From positions 363,630,001 to 363,694,000 of the forward strand of contig OZ024740.1 in NCBI GenBank assembly GCA_964016885.1: a stretch of 64,000 nucleotides of DNA, read 5' to 3'. Positions 33,101 to 46,459 of the stretch are shown here, piece after piece. A model generated the notes under the pieces. That model was given only the letters and a program-made list of their open reading frames with translations, ran no database searches and was not told the origin of the DNA. Position numbers and translations under genes: made by a program. This DNA is from Eledone cirrhosa. Lineage: Eukaryota. Within the stretch, counting starts at the first letter, position 1. Each line of letters opens with the position of its first letter.

Positions 33101-36100
33101 TCCAAACACCCACCTCCGCTGCTAATTCGGTCACCTAGGTAGCAGAAGCTGTCTACTGTTTCTACAGAGCCCTCCCAGAGTTTGGTGGTGCTTGTTTCCT
33201 GTGGCTGTTTGCTGCTACATGTGAAGCCTACATTCTTAGTTAAGCTTCCTGAGATCCCACTACATCTCTTGTGTACCCATTGTTTGCATTTGGGGCAGAG
33301 GATGGCATTACTACCTACACCTTTCCTACATACTGAGCAGGGCCATTTCCCTGAGGGGATCTGGGTTCTGTTTTCTCGTCTACTTACAAGGACCTTAGTC
33401 TTTGTCAGGTTGACTTTGAGACCCTTTCTTTCTAGTCCCTGCTTCCATGTTTGTAATTTGTTCTCTAGTTCTACCATAGATTCAGCTATAAGTGCGAGGT
33501 CATCTGCATACAGGAGTTCCCATGGGCATCTGGTCTTAAACTCCTCTGTTATTGCCTGCAAAACTATGATGAACAGGAGAGGGTTAAGAACAGAGCCCTG
33601 GTGGACACCGACCTGTATGCTAATTTCCTTGCTATAGTCATTGCTAACCCTAACTTTGCTGACTGCTCCCCTATACATGGCTTGTACAGCTTTCACAAGC
33701 CATTCATCTACTCCTAGTTTTCTAAGAACCCACCAGATTATAGCACAAGGAACTCTGTCAAAGGCTTTCTCGAGATCGACGAATGCCAGGTAGAGCGGCT
33801 TACTTTGGCTAGGTACTTTTCCTGTAACTACCTCACAAGGAAGAGAGCATCAGTGGTGCCTTTTCCTGGCACAAACCCAAATTGCATCTCATCTAGTTTC
33901 ACCCAGTCCCTAATCAACTGTGCTATAACTCTTTCTGTTACTTTCATGACCTGGTCCATCAGCTTTATACCTCTATAATTTCATCTATCTAGTGCATCAC
34001 CTTTACCCTTATAGCAGTTGACAATGATGCTGCTGCACCAATCCTTTGGTATGACGCCTTCTAGTATTACCTGGTAAACAATACGCGTTGTTATGGTGTG
34101 ACCTACCGACCCAGATGCCTTCAGCATCTCGGCAGCTATACTCGATGAACCGGTTGCCTTCACCATCTTCATATCTTTGATTGCCTTACTTACTACCCTG
34201 CTGCTGACTTGTACTGCTGGCCCCTCTACAGGGTCCACTTGGGGTAGGGTCTCTTTTTCCCATGCATTCTCCTCATTTTGTAATCTTTCATAATGGCTCT
34301 TCCACGTATCTTTCTTCTCAGCACTTGTGAGGGCAAGCTCACCTTTATCATTCCGGATACACTTCTCTCCAATGACATCACAATTCTCTCTGACACACTG
34401 CCTCGCAATCTTGAACACCTCCTGTTTCTGGTCCTCATGTTGCAAAACATGCTTGAATTTTCTATCCTCTGCTTCCTTTCTAGCTTAAGTATACTTGTCG
34501 CCTAGCTTCCCCCGTTCTTCTATTCTTTCCATGCCTGTCTCTTACTTAGCCTTAACTGCCTCATCTACCTTATTGTTCCACCATCAAGTCACTCTCCTCC
34601 TCCCTTTGGTCTTGCTCCAACCACAGATCTCATCTGTCGCCTTTAGTAAGTTATTTTCTTATTTTCAAATATTTTGTATTTTATGAATCTCAACTTGAAC
34701 TATCTATTGAGTTGCTTAGTTGTAACTATTCTCAGTGAATCAAATTGCGAAGGTGTCAACATTTTATTAAAGCAAATTATCTAATTGGTGCTTTTCCCAA
34801 TTAGCCTGACCTCCAAGATAAATAAGTATAAGACAATAATATAATTGGAGCTGATTTCTTTGAAATAGGGGTTCAGGCTTATGATTAGGAGTTAAGTTAG
34901 GGTTAGGATTTAGAACTAGGGCTAATCATAATCCTCATCATTGTTTAACATCCATTTTACACACCTGCATGGGTTAGACAAGTTGTCACATTATGGAACA
35001 AATCAAGTCAGGTGATCATGTCTTGCTCAAATAGATCTGTATTTTGGATTAGTTTCTATGACTGGATGCCCTTCCTAATGACAACCACATTACAGTCTGG
35101 ACTGGGTGCTTTTCCTTACTCTTACCAGCATGACCGCTTTACAAGTTGAACTGGGTGCTTTTTGTCATGTCACCAACATGGTCATGTTACAGGGTGAACT
35201 GGACACTTTTTGTTGTGTCACCAGCATGACAACCATACAGGGTCAACTGGGTGCTTTTGTTGTTGTGGCACCAGATTACCATACAGGGTTGACATAGTGC
35301 TTTTTTGTCATGGCAGCAGCATCATGGGAAAGCAAATATATCCAGCTTTCATATTTATGTTCATGGGTTGGACAGAAGAGGTGTATTATGGGTGAGGAAG
35401 TTGAAGGTTGGTGGGGGAATGTGTATGCAAGCTGGACATGGATGAGGGGAGTGGGATATTTAGCTGGTTGGAGATGGTATTAAGTCAAGGAAGGGTGAAT
35501 GGGGAGGGGTAGGGAGAGGATTGGTGCAGACTTGTGTCCTCTACATGTTGGTTTTATTGTGTACATGGAAAGGTGGGTCTTCTACAGTACAGCATAACAC
35601 TAGAGATCTCAATTCTATGTCATCTCTTTTGAGAGGCTTAATTGGGCAAGATCGGCTTTATCACTTCATCCGAAGCTTTCCCAAGTCTTCCTCTTCCATA
35701 CCTTCTATCAACTTTGAGTGCCCTGTACCTTTTATTTACAGCTGCTATCTTCCATGTGTATCATATATTCATACCAATGCAACCTCTTCTCATGCACACT
35801 GCATCTGACCCTACTTATTCACAGTTTCTCTCTCAGTTTATTGACGCTTTGCTGTTCATGCACACTACTATTACACATCCATCAAAGCATGTAAGCTTTA
35901 TTTCTTTCCAATCTTCAAAAGTCCTTTGCACACAGTAGCCAGGTCTCACTTCCATGCAGCATAGCTGTTCATACACAAGCATCATACAATGCCTTTCATT
36001 TTGAGGAAAAAGCCTTTTGTAGCTAACAGCAGTGGTAGTTCTTTTTCATCCTGTTCTCACCCTGGGTACTGTACTTTCATAACACCCACTTCCACTGTTA

Positions 36101-39100
36101 ATTTGGGCATCAAGGTAACAGAAATTATCAGCTACTTCCACAGAGTCCTCTGAGAATTTAGAAGAGCTTGTTTCCTGTGAGCTCTTGCTCCTATACATCA
36201 ACCACATACAAAACCTACATTCTTTGTTAGCCTGCCTGAGATCCCACAATATCTCATGCATTCCCATAGTTTGCATTTGCAACATAGGATGGAATTTCTA
36301 CCCACTCCTATCATGCACACTGAGCAAGGCCTTGTTTATCTTTTTACTTACTAGGACTTTAGTCTTTGCCAAGTTGACTTTAAGACCTTTTGCTTCCAAG
36401 CTATGCTTCCAGGTATCATCATCATTTCATTTCATTTTATGTCCGCCTTTCCCTGCTTGCAAGGGTGGGATGGGAACTGATTCTGGCTTGATTTCTACAG
36501 CTGGATGCCCTTCCTAACACGAACCTCATTTACAGTGAGTGCTGGGTGCTTTTTTGCCGTGACCACCACAGCTGAGTAAACTGGAGCAATGTGAAATAAA
36601 GTGTCTTGCTCAAGGAAACAACACATCACCCGGTCTGAGAATTGAACTCACAACCTTTCGATTGCAAGGCCAATGCTCTAACCACTAAGCCATGTGCCTC
36701 CATAAAATGAAATTATTGTTTACAGTGTTCAGGTGCACTACAACATTGTACCATAGATTCATCTATGAGGGTTAGATAATTGGCATATAGGACATCTAAT
36801 GAGCAACCAATCTTAAACTCTTCTGCTATAGTCTGCAGAATGATGATAAATAGGTGATGGCTAAAAACAGAGCCTTGATGGACACCTACTTGCATGCTAA
36901 ATTCCTCACTATAATCATTGTTGATTCTAACCTCTGTATATGGCTTCTGCTACCCCCAAGCCTCTCATCTATCCCTAGTTTTCTAAGAGAACATCAGATT
37001 ATGGAATGGGGACTCTGTCAAATGCTTTCTTCAGATCAATAAATGAAAAGTAAAGCAGCTTACGTTTAGCTAGATACTTCTGCAGTTGCCTCACAAGGAA
37101 GAGGACATCAGTGGTACAAATCCAAACTGCATCTCATCTAGGTTGATTCAATTCTAATCATCTGTGTGATAACTCTTTCTGTAACTTTCAAGACATTGTT
37201 TCCTTTTTTTAGTGCATCTCTTTTGCCCTTATAGCAGTTGATACTATGAGGCCTATATTAAGTAAGGGGTAACAACAAAAATCCTACCAGTATTGGATAA
37301 ACCCACAATACGCTACCAGACAAAAATCCCACATAGTTGTAAGTTATTCAGAATTTGAATAAACAATTTTATTTTATCCTTTATCAGGTAAATTTCCTTT
37401 CATAATTTTAGCCATTAAAAATTATAAACAGATTTTGTTTTACCTTTTAGTATTTAATTCTTTTTACTGTGTGTGTAGCGGGATCTGGTAGAAGTGGGAA
37501 TTTTGTCCAAGGGGATTTTATCCAATGGGGGTTTTGTCTGTGTCCCATTAACAAAAATAGTCTTGACTAAAAGTAAAATCTAACATAGTAGTGGATATTT
37601 TTCAGACAGTTGAGCTAAGACTATATTATTTAATGAAGCATTCCTATATTCAAAAACAATCAAGCAGCTTGAGAGATCTTGCTGATATTTCTAGCAGGTC
37701 GATTATCCACATAGAGATTTTCATGTTGGATTTTATTATTCTTAAGGGTAGTGGAATCACAATATTGGTTGAGCATCAGACATGCTTCATGACATAGAGT
37801 TATGGCCCTTTGTGTTCTTGGCCTTATGTTTGTCTTTCATCCTTATGGGGTTGATAAAATAAAGCACCAGTAATGCACCGCAGTCAATTTAATCAACACT
37901 CACCTCCCCCCAAAATTCTTGGCTTTGTACCTAAATCAGAAACCATTATTCTTAAAGACTGTATTGGTACTTAAAGAATAAATGTATTTAATAGTGAAAT
38001 TCTTGTAATAATTTCTTTATTGTCCTGAAAATTTTACATTTTCTACGGAGTAATTTTTCTTTTATGTCTGAAAAAAAATATTTACATTTTCTGATAAACA
38101 GTTCCTTATTTTACCTAAAAACAAAATAAAACAAAACCTTCTGAATATAACTGAAATTCTGTGCATTGAGTTACGTCCCTGTATGCTCAAAGATAGGCAG
38201 ATCATTTGCCTGAGCAGAGCCGACACCTGTATACTTAGTGCTTTAGGCTAGCCATGCAATGTATACTTGGGTATTTAGTGTCCTGGAATGGATCTACAAT
38301 GTGTCCTGGGTATTTAACACCATAGGCTACCGTTACAATGTGTACCCTATTCTCTAAAACAAAATGAAAAAAACAAAAGTCAAAGAAATTCTCCCTTGAG
38401 TGGTAAGTCAATATTTGTATGAAATAGGGTATGATAATTCTTGATATATCATCATCATCATCATCATCTTCGTTTAACGTCCATTTTCCACGCTAACATG
38501 GGTTAGACGGAGTAAATGCTTACGGCACCTAGGGTTCCCAAGCGGTCACCCATCTAAGTACTAACTAGGCTCGACGTTGCGTAACTTTGGTGATCGGATG
38601 AGAACCGGTGTTTTAAGCGTAATATGACCGTATATTAAAAGAATTGATAAAATTAAGAATTTCTCGCTCCCTGTTTACCTAAATCTACCATCATATATAC
38701 TCATGGGTTTAAACCCTGTTTAGGTCAGATATGAAATATGTTGTCTTTGTGATACACTATATTTCTTTAGTCAAATTATCTGTTCAACTTAATTATTCAT
38801 TTGTTGTTTGACATATTTTTCTATGTATATATATATGTATATATGTGTGTGGTAATGCTGATGCCATGATGAAATAGAATTAGCACATTCTGTAAAGTGG
38901 TTGCCAATTGGAAGGGTTTCCAGCTGTAGAACCCATGTGAAAGATGGAATATTTGATCAATATGTGGTCCATTGGTCACTCTTCTCAGATCATGCCAATC
39001 CATCCAACTCATGCCAACATAGAAAACAGATGTAATATGATGATGATTATGATAGTAATTTTGTTAGTAGAGATGATTAATATTTTAATTCAATCCAGGG

Positions 39101-42100
39101 CCTTTTCAGTCCTACCGGAGTAATCCTGCCCTGATTGACATCAACCATTTTCTGTTTTGGTTATGTCAGAAGTGTAGTGATATGCACCATGCTTAGCCAA
39201 TTGTGGGTTGGTGAGGCTATTTAACTCATAGCTGGATAAACTCATTTCTACAGCTGAGTGAACTGAAGCAAAGTGAAATAAAGTGTTTTGCTGAAGAACA
39301 CAACACAATGCAAAGCCTGGTTTGAGAATCAAACTCACAACCTCAGGATTGTAAGCCTGACACTCTAACCACTTAGCCATGCACCTTCACAATATTTTAA
39401 CACCCACAATAAAACACAAAATTAGAATGTTTTCTAAGGAATTAATTACTATAAAACTATTAACATTTTATTGTAGATGGTGTTTTCTGTTATTCTCAAT
39501 TTACTTATTATTTTTAGATATGATAACAGGACTGTTAAATAAGCTTCAGTCATCTGTAAAGATTATCTTGTTCCTTCTTTGTAAAGTATAGGACAGAGGT
39601 TATCAAATTTTTGGGGCCACCACCTCCCTCACGTCCATGTAATACCCTCAGCCCCATCCCAACCCTATTTCCAGAGAGACATGCCTACACGCAAATTGTA
39701 AATAATATATAATAAATAAAATCGTTAATTTATATATAATAAATAATATAATATGTACTATGTATAAGTGAAATTTATATATTTTTTTAATTTTACTATA
39801 TCTATATATAATATGTATCACTTGATATTTAATATACTAGTATATCATCTCTATTCTCTCTCCCTTATAGGCTCCAGTGCCCCCTTGGACCTTCTCACCC
39901 CCACCCCCCTGGGGGCAGTAGCACCCACTTTGAGAACCTCTAGTATAGAAGGCAGGTGATATCATTTTAATGAAATTATAGCAATATATAGCCAAAAGAC
40001 AATTATAGCAACTCCCAGAGAACCAATCTGTTTTTTAATTGCTGTTACTAATAATTAACGATGTACTTTGCCTTTTTACATGATTTTCTTTAATCGACAA
40101 AGATATGCTATCTTTAATTATTTAAAGGCATCACTTTCATGTAATCTGATGGGATGGTTTATAAATGCTATCTCCTACAAGAAGTTTCAAGAGGTTCATG
40201 TAGCTTTGGATACAAGGTTAACAACAAAGTAACAAACAAAATCAAAAAAAAATCAAATGAAGCTAGAAACCTTTGTCACACTTTAAGTTCAAAATGGGTT
40301 CATGATATCACTAGATATGTTTTTATCTATTAGCTATTTTGTACAAAGATTAGAGTCTATCTACCACCGATAATTAAGACAATCTACTAAACATAATAGA
40401 AGTGTGTGTGAGAATGTGTGGTTTCATGCTACTGATTATAATGTTGGGAGTTCATAACTTACGAACAAACCATTAGACTAACTAAAGATATTTTAAAGGG
40501 TCTTTAAACACCTTTGATACTAAATTGTCTGAAACTGCTTCTGCTTCTACGATACAAAGCTGTTTGTTCTAAAATGATTTGGTTATTATTATTGGTGGTG
40601 GATTGGCAGTATCGGTAGAGGGTTGGACGCCATGCTTTCCAGCATAGTTACGTCCCTTTACGATCTGAGTTCAAATCCCGCCGATGTTGACTTTGCCTTT
40701 CATCCTTACGGGGTCGATAAAATAAAGTACCAGTAATGCACTGGGTAATTGCTGGCCTTGTGCCTAAAGTAGAAACAGTTATTATTCTAAGTGATTAATC
40801 CTTTGTTCTATAACCCTTCTGTTACTATATTTCTAATGAAATAAACTACCTATGATTATCATCGTGATCTTGAAATTAATCAAGAATGCAGAAGGATTTA
40901 GTAATATAAGTTTCTCATTATTAAATTGGTGCTTGGATCATAATCTAACAACAGTTCTTATATAGAATTATGGTGGAAAGTTTTAAGCTAGCTGATGAAC
41001 TGTGTAGTATATGCTCCAGCTGCAGCACCGCCAACCTAATAATCACACTGCATCATGTCTTCAATAATTTGTGGATGTATTGCCAAGGAGTAAATTTTTG
41101 TTTTGTAGACCTTGAAAAGGCATATGACCATGTTCCTCGGGACCAGCTGTGGAAGGTTCTGCAGGAGTATAGGATCGATGGTCAACTTCCTACTGCCCTG
41201 ATGTCTCTATATGAATGTCCAAGTATTTGTGTTCGAATAAATGGTGCTAAATCGAAACCATTCAATGTGGGAGTCAGACTCAGCCAAGAGTACAATTGTC
41301 ACCTCTCCTGTTCATTATTTTCATGAACAAGATTGATATGTGCAGCCAGGTTGGAAGTGGTATCCAGGTTGGAAGTAAAATCAGTCGGCTGGAATTTGCC
41401 GACGACATGGTGTTACTTAACTTGCAGAAGGTGATCTCTGACTTGCACTAGATACGTTTGATGCTGAGTGCTGCATGGCTGGAATTAAATCAGTGCTGCG
41501 AAAACTGAGACACTCATCTTCTCAAGGAAGGCCCTGCAGTGCACTCGAGTTCTATTAAAGCAGGTGGAGAAGTTAAAATATCTCGGGGCTTTGTTTACGA
41601 GTGATGGAAGGCACGAAGCTGAATTAAGTGAAGAATTGTAGAGGCTGGTGCAATAATTCGCCAGCTTCAACATTTGGTAATCAGAAGAATGGAGGTAGGT
41701 GTAAAAGCCAAACTCACTATCTTCAATTCGGTATTCGTGCCAACCTTTACCTATGGTCATGAACCTTGGATAATGACTGAAAGAATACAATCATGAATAC
41801 AAATGGCTAAAATGAGGTTCTTCTGAAGGGTCTTTGGAGTAATGTTACTTGATAGAGTGCATAACTCGGGGATCAGAGAGTCACTCCAGGTAGAGCCGTT
41901 ACTTCTCTGAATTGAGAGATCACAGCACTGATACTATGGGCATGTGTTTAGAATGTCTCAGGAAAGAATCGCTGGACAGATTTTACAGGCAAAACCAACT
42001 GGCAGGAGGCCCAGGGGTGAACCCTGAGCAAAATCGTTGGATAACATCAATGAGCTTTGCTGATCTCGCTTGGGGATCGATCCAGCCAGATCAGTTGGAG

Positions 42101-45100
42101 ACAGTTGCTTCTGATAGGACCCACTGGAAGGAATGTTTGAGGACTCTACCCCCACAGTCCTCTCAGGATTAATTGGGCAAAGAAGAAGAAGAAAAGGTTT
42201 TTAAATAAATATAAACACTTTAAAATAAATAGTTTTGAATCATAGAACCAGGAGCTGTTTTGGGTAGTTTGGTATCAAAATGGTTAAACTATTTCTACTT
42301 ACTTTATAATGGTCTCTTCAAGGTTCTGTAATGTGTTTTGTTAAATTCATGATGGTAAAAGCCAGCTATATTACAGATAATATAGAGAGTGAGGGGAAAA
42401 AATGTGGAAGGAAGTAAGGGAAAGAAAAGACCAAGAAAGATGTGGCTAAAGATGATGGCTGAAGAAACAAAAGGGGTTGATGAAGGGAGATGTAGCTGAT
42501 AGGCCAATCTAGACAAGTTTGCTATGGAGCCTGCTAGGCTCAACTCTGCTTCAACAGGGAAAAATGGCCTTAAAATGCTTATATATAATATATCAAGTAC
42601 ATTTTTGGTATTTAGTATGTCATTATTTCTTATATATTTCAGTTATTAATGGCCAACATGTCTGTGACTTTGACAAGGATCTCTGCAACTGGAACACCCA
42701 GAAATCCCTCGACATAGCATGGAAACGAAAGCAAGGAAAGTTAAATAAACAGTCTTTCCCTGACCACACTACAGGATGTATGTATTCTCATATTATTTTA
42801 TTAAATTTAGCGGAATATTTTAAATGCAACAATGCATATGTAATCATATAAATAAGTTAATGCCATTACTACTTCTATACTGCTTCAAGCATTACATTCC
42901 ATAGTAGGTGTCTTTATCATAGTCCATGTAATACATACAACTACAACTTCTTTCCTTAAGTTCCTAATATAATTACACTCACTGAGATATGCCTCCTTAA
43001 CTGACTTTATTTCCTTAAAAAACTGAACTCACTGCTCAAGCTAATTCCAGAGAACTGACATTCCATAGAATAAGGATTGGGCATATTGGGTTGAGCACAA
43101 TATGTGTGACAAGGAAAAATAAAGATTAGTAGTGACTGAGAGAAGATAGCATGTGGCCATCCAACTATGAGGGACTGAAGCTACAGTTGTAGAATAAAAA
43201 ATGTAGCATCCCATAAGAGACTGCATATCTGTAGGCCAATGGTTAGAGTTTGTTGGTGAGAGACTATAGCAATTAACTGAATACATCCTTCTTTAATGTT
43301 CCAAGAAATAGTTTTGGTTATGATTCATGCTTTTGTCTGTGGCATTCTTCATTTGCTACAGTTACCTACACTCACATCTATGTAGGCATGGCCAAGAAGT
43401 TAAGAAGTTTGCTTTGCATTGATAATATCCTAGACTTGATTCAGCCATATGGCAACTTGGGCAAATGTTTTTACCATAATTCTAGGTTGACCCAAAATTT
43501 GCTACTGAAAGTGGGTAGACAAAAACTGTATGGAAGCCCATCAGATGAATGGCAACTATAATTTAAAGATCTAGCCTTGTTGCATACCATGTCATGCTGA
43601 TTGGGGTTCGGAATTACATTCAAAGTATACATGTCTGTGGAATACTCAACTATTTACACTATGATACAAGATGTGTCTGAAATTCAAAGGTCCATCCTTG
43701 TTACATATTGTGTCATACTGATTCAGCTTGGGAATAAAGTTAAGGGTACACATGTCTGTGAAATACTCAACTACTTACACTATAATTCAGGAGTTGAATG
43801 TTCAGTTGATTGAAGAGCTGAATGCTTATTGTTGAAACCAACAGAGGATTCATTATGTTTACAGAGTGTTAGTGAGTGATAGTCTCTTTCTTTTCCTTAC
43901 TGTTCAGTATTTTAATGTTCCTAGGCTTAATGTTTCTAGGCTTACTATTCATTTCATTATTTAGGATAAAATCTGTATTTAAGTTTATTTTTCACTGTTT
44001 GTATTAAATACATTAATCAGAACTATTAGCTATTTTAATCTACTGTTGCTGGGCTCTTGTTCAATGTCTTAACTCTTTTATTACTATATTTCTCGGCTTA
44101 TGATTTCTAAATAATTAAAAAAATAATGAAGAATTTGGAGGGTTTTAGTAATATAACGAACATTATTAAGCTGGTGTTTAGAATATAACTTTAAAATGTT
44201 TCTTACATAAAAATATGATGGAAGATTTTTAGATAGATATAAACAATTCAAAACAAACAGTTCTGATCTGTAGAACCAAAAGATGTTTCAGGCAGTTTGC
44301 TATCAAAAGGTTTTTAAGTAAAGTTTGCTGCATTCAGTTTTCACTTCATTATATTGTTTCTAACTATGTTTCTATTTTTTGGAGGAAGGAGGATTATTAT
44401 ACTTTTATAAATGTTTCACTCAATATTTTGTATATATTTCAGCTGGTTATTATTTACATCTAGAATACCAAAATTTGACTGAGAAAAATGTTGCACAGAT
44501 ATCTATGCCAGCATTTCTGCAGATGGACAAAAACTACTGTTTGTCTTTCTATTATTACATGTCTGGCAAGTTTGACAAAGCCTTATACATCTATAGGTAT
44601 AGCAATGATACTGAACTACCAGATGAAGAAGCTATTGCACTTTATGGTTCTCAAGTTAGTGGCTGGAATCATTTTAGAAAGCCAATTAAAACTGGATTGG
44701 AAAACCAGGTAAGCAGATTTCAAATGATAATTTCATCAGGGAAAGGTATGGTTTAGACTGTATCTGCTCTCTTGTCATCAGAGTGCAGGTCAGTTACCTT
44801 GGCATATCACTTTGAGAAAGAGCCTTAATATGGACAGTTTCTTGTCACAACTGGTCCCTAATGGCGTCAATTGCAGTATCAATAGGTTCCCAGACAGAAT
44901 AGGCCTTTTCCCATTTGAGGGGGAAAGTCACTCATCTGAGATGCCACATGTCACACATTCTCCAGTGTCAACCTCATTGCTTTAACCACAAACCTGAGCA
45001 CTGTCAGCCATAACTCAATGGAGCAGGAGATAATTAAATACAGGGGTTTGACAACTATTTCTTTTGTGTTAGTTGTCATGAAGATCTCTGGTGTCCTTGG

Positions 45101-46068
45101 TTCTCAGACCCATTTTACTCAGCTAAATCAGATGGAGGGCATCATGCCTGAGGAAGGGTAGAGAGAAATCTTCAACTGTGCTAAGGACACGACAGGCTTT
45201 CTAGTGCTGGTGCCATGATAAAATGCACTCAATACACTCTGTGAAATGCTAATGCTGATGCTATGATAAAATGCACCCAGTGCATTATGTAAAGTGGTTG
45301 GTATTAGGAAGAACATCCAGCTGTAGAAACTATGTCAAAATGGATTATATCTGAGCAAAGTAGAGACCCCTGGTCTGTCTAGGAGGCCAGTAGCTCCAAT
45401 TAAGTACTGGGTTGTTCTGTAACAACTCATTCAACTCATCCAACAATAGAAAAGTGGATAAAAAAGATGATTATGATAAATGAGGTTGAGAATAATGATA
45501 ACAGTAATGTTAATTGTATGTTCACCTGTGTAGAGAGAAAAATTTAAAGTAAGATTTTTTGATAAAGGTTAAATAATAAATCTAGATAAATTTGGATTTT
45601 TGAAAAGTTATTCAACTTTCTGTTTCAGTTAATGTTTGAAGCTCATCTAGAAGGCCCCTCAGATATTGCCATTGATGATGTCCAACTTGAAGAAGGCAAC
45701 TGTCAAGAGTTGAATATGACCTCAGGCAAGTCACATTTCTGCTTTTATTTTAGTATGGAAATCTAGCTCAGTGTTTGTTCCACTGTAGAATTATACACCT
45801 CTGTTTAATGAAATTTCATTGGCAAAGGACCAGGGCAAAACCCTTTGCTCCAGACAATGATCATTAAGAAATAAAGTGGTTGACATGGTGCCATGAAAAA
45901 TGGACCCAACACACACTATAAGTTGGTTGGAACTAAGAGAAGCATCCAGCCATTGAAACCATGTCAAATATTAAATGTAATAAGTAAAATGGGGTTGTTC
46001 CAACCTATCTGGACCTCTGGACCATAACAACCTCTCCAACCCATGGCAACATGGAAAACATGTAAAAT

Positions 46069-46155
<87 letters not shown>

Positions 46156-46202
46156 GCGCGCGCGCACACACACACACATGCACACACACACATGCACACT
46201 CA

Positions 46203-46233
<31 letters not shown>

Positions 46234-46241
46234 GCACACGC

Positions 46242-46278
<37 letters not shown>

Positions 46279-46391
46279 CACATGCACACGCACACACTTG
46301 CACATATATATATATGGAGTATCTGTGGTGCTAAAAGGAGCTTGGAGAGGGAACAAGCTGAAATTGCCTGAGATTGCAGTTGGACCTCCAC

Positions 46392-46459
<68 letters not shown>

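Noticed and set aside
40594-40685. tRNA-like A/B boxes as a tRNA gene
   Set aside because: This is the head of a multi-copy SINE; no cloverleaf could be formed.
44708-44745. Minus-strand CTGATGA-AATTATCATTT-GAAA
   Set aside because: Weak AU-only stem II, no stem I/III, and it overlaps a splice donor; probably chance.
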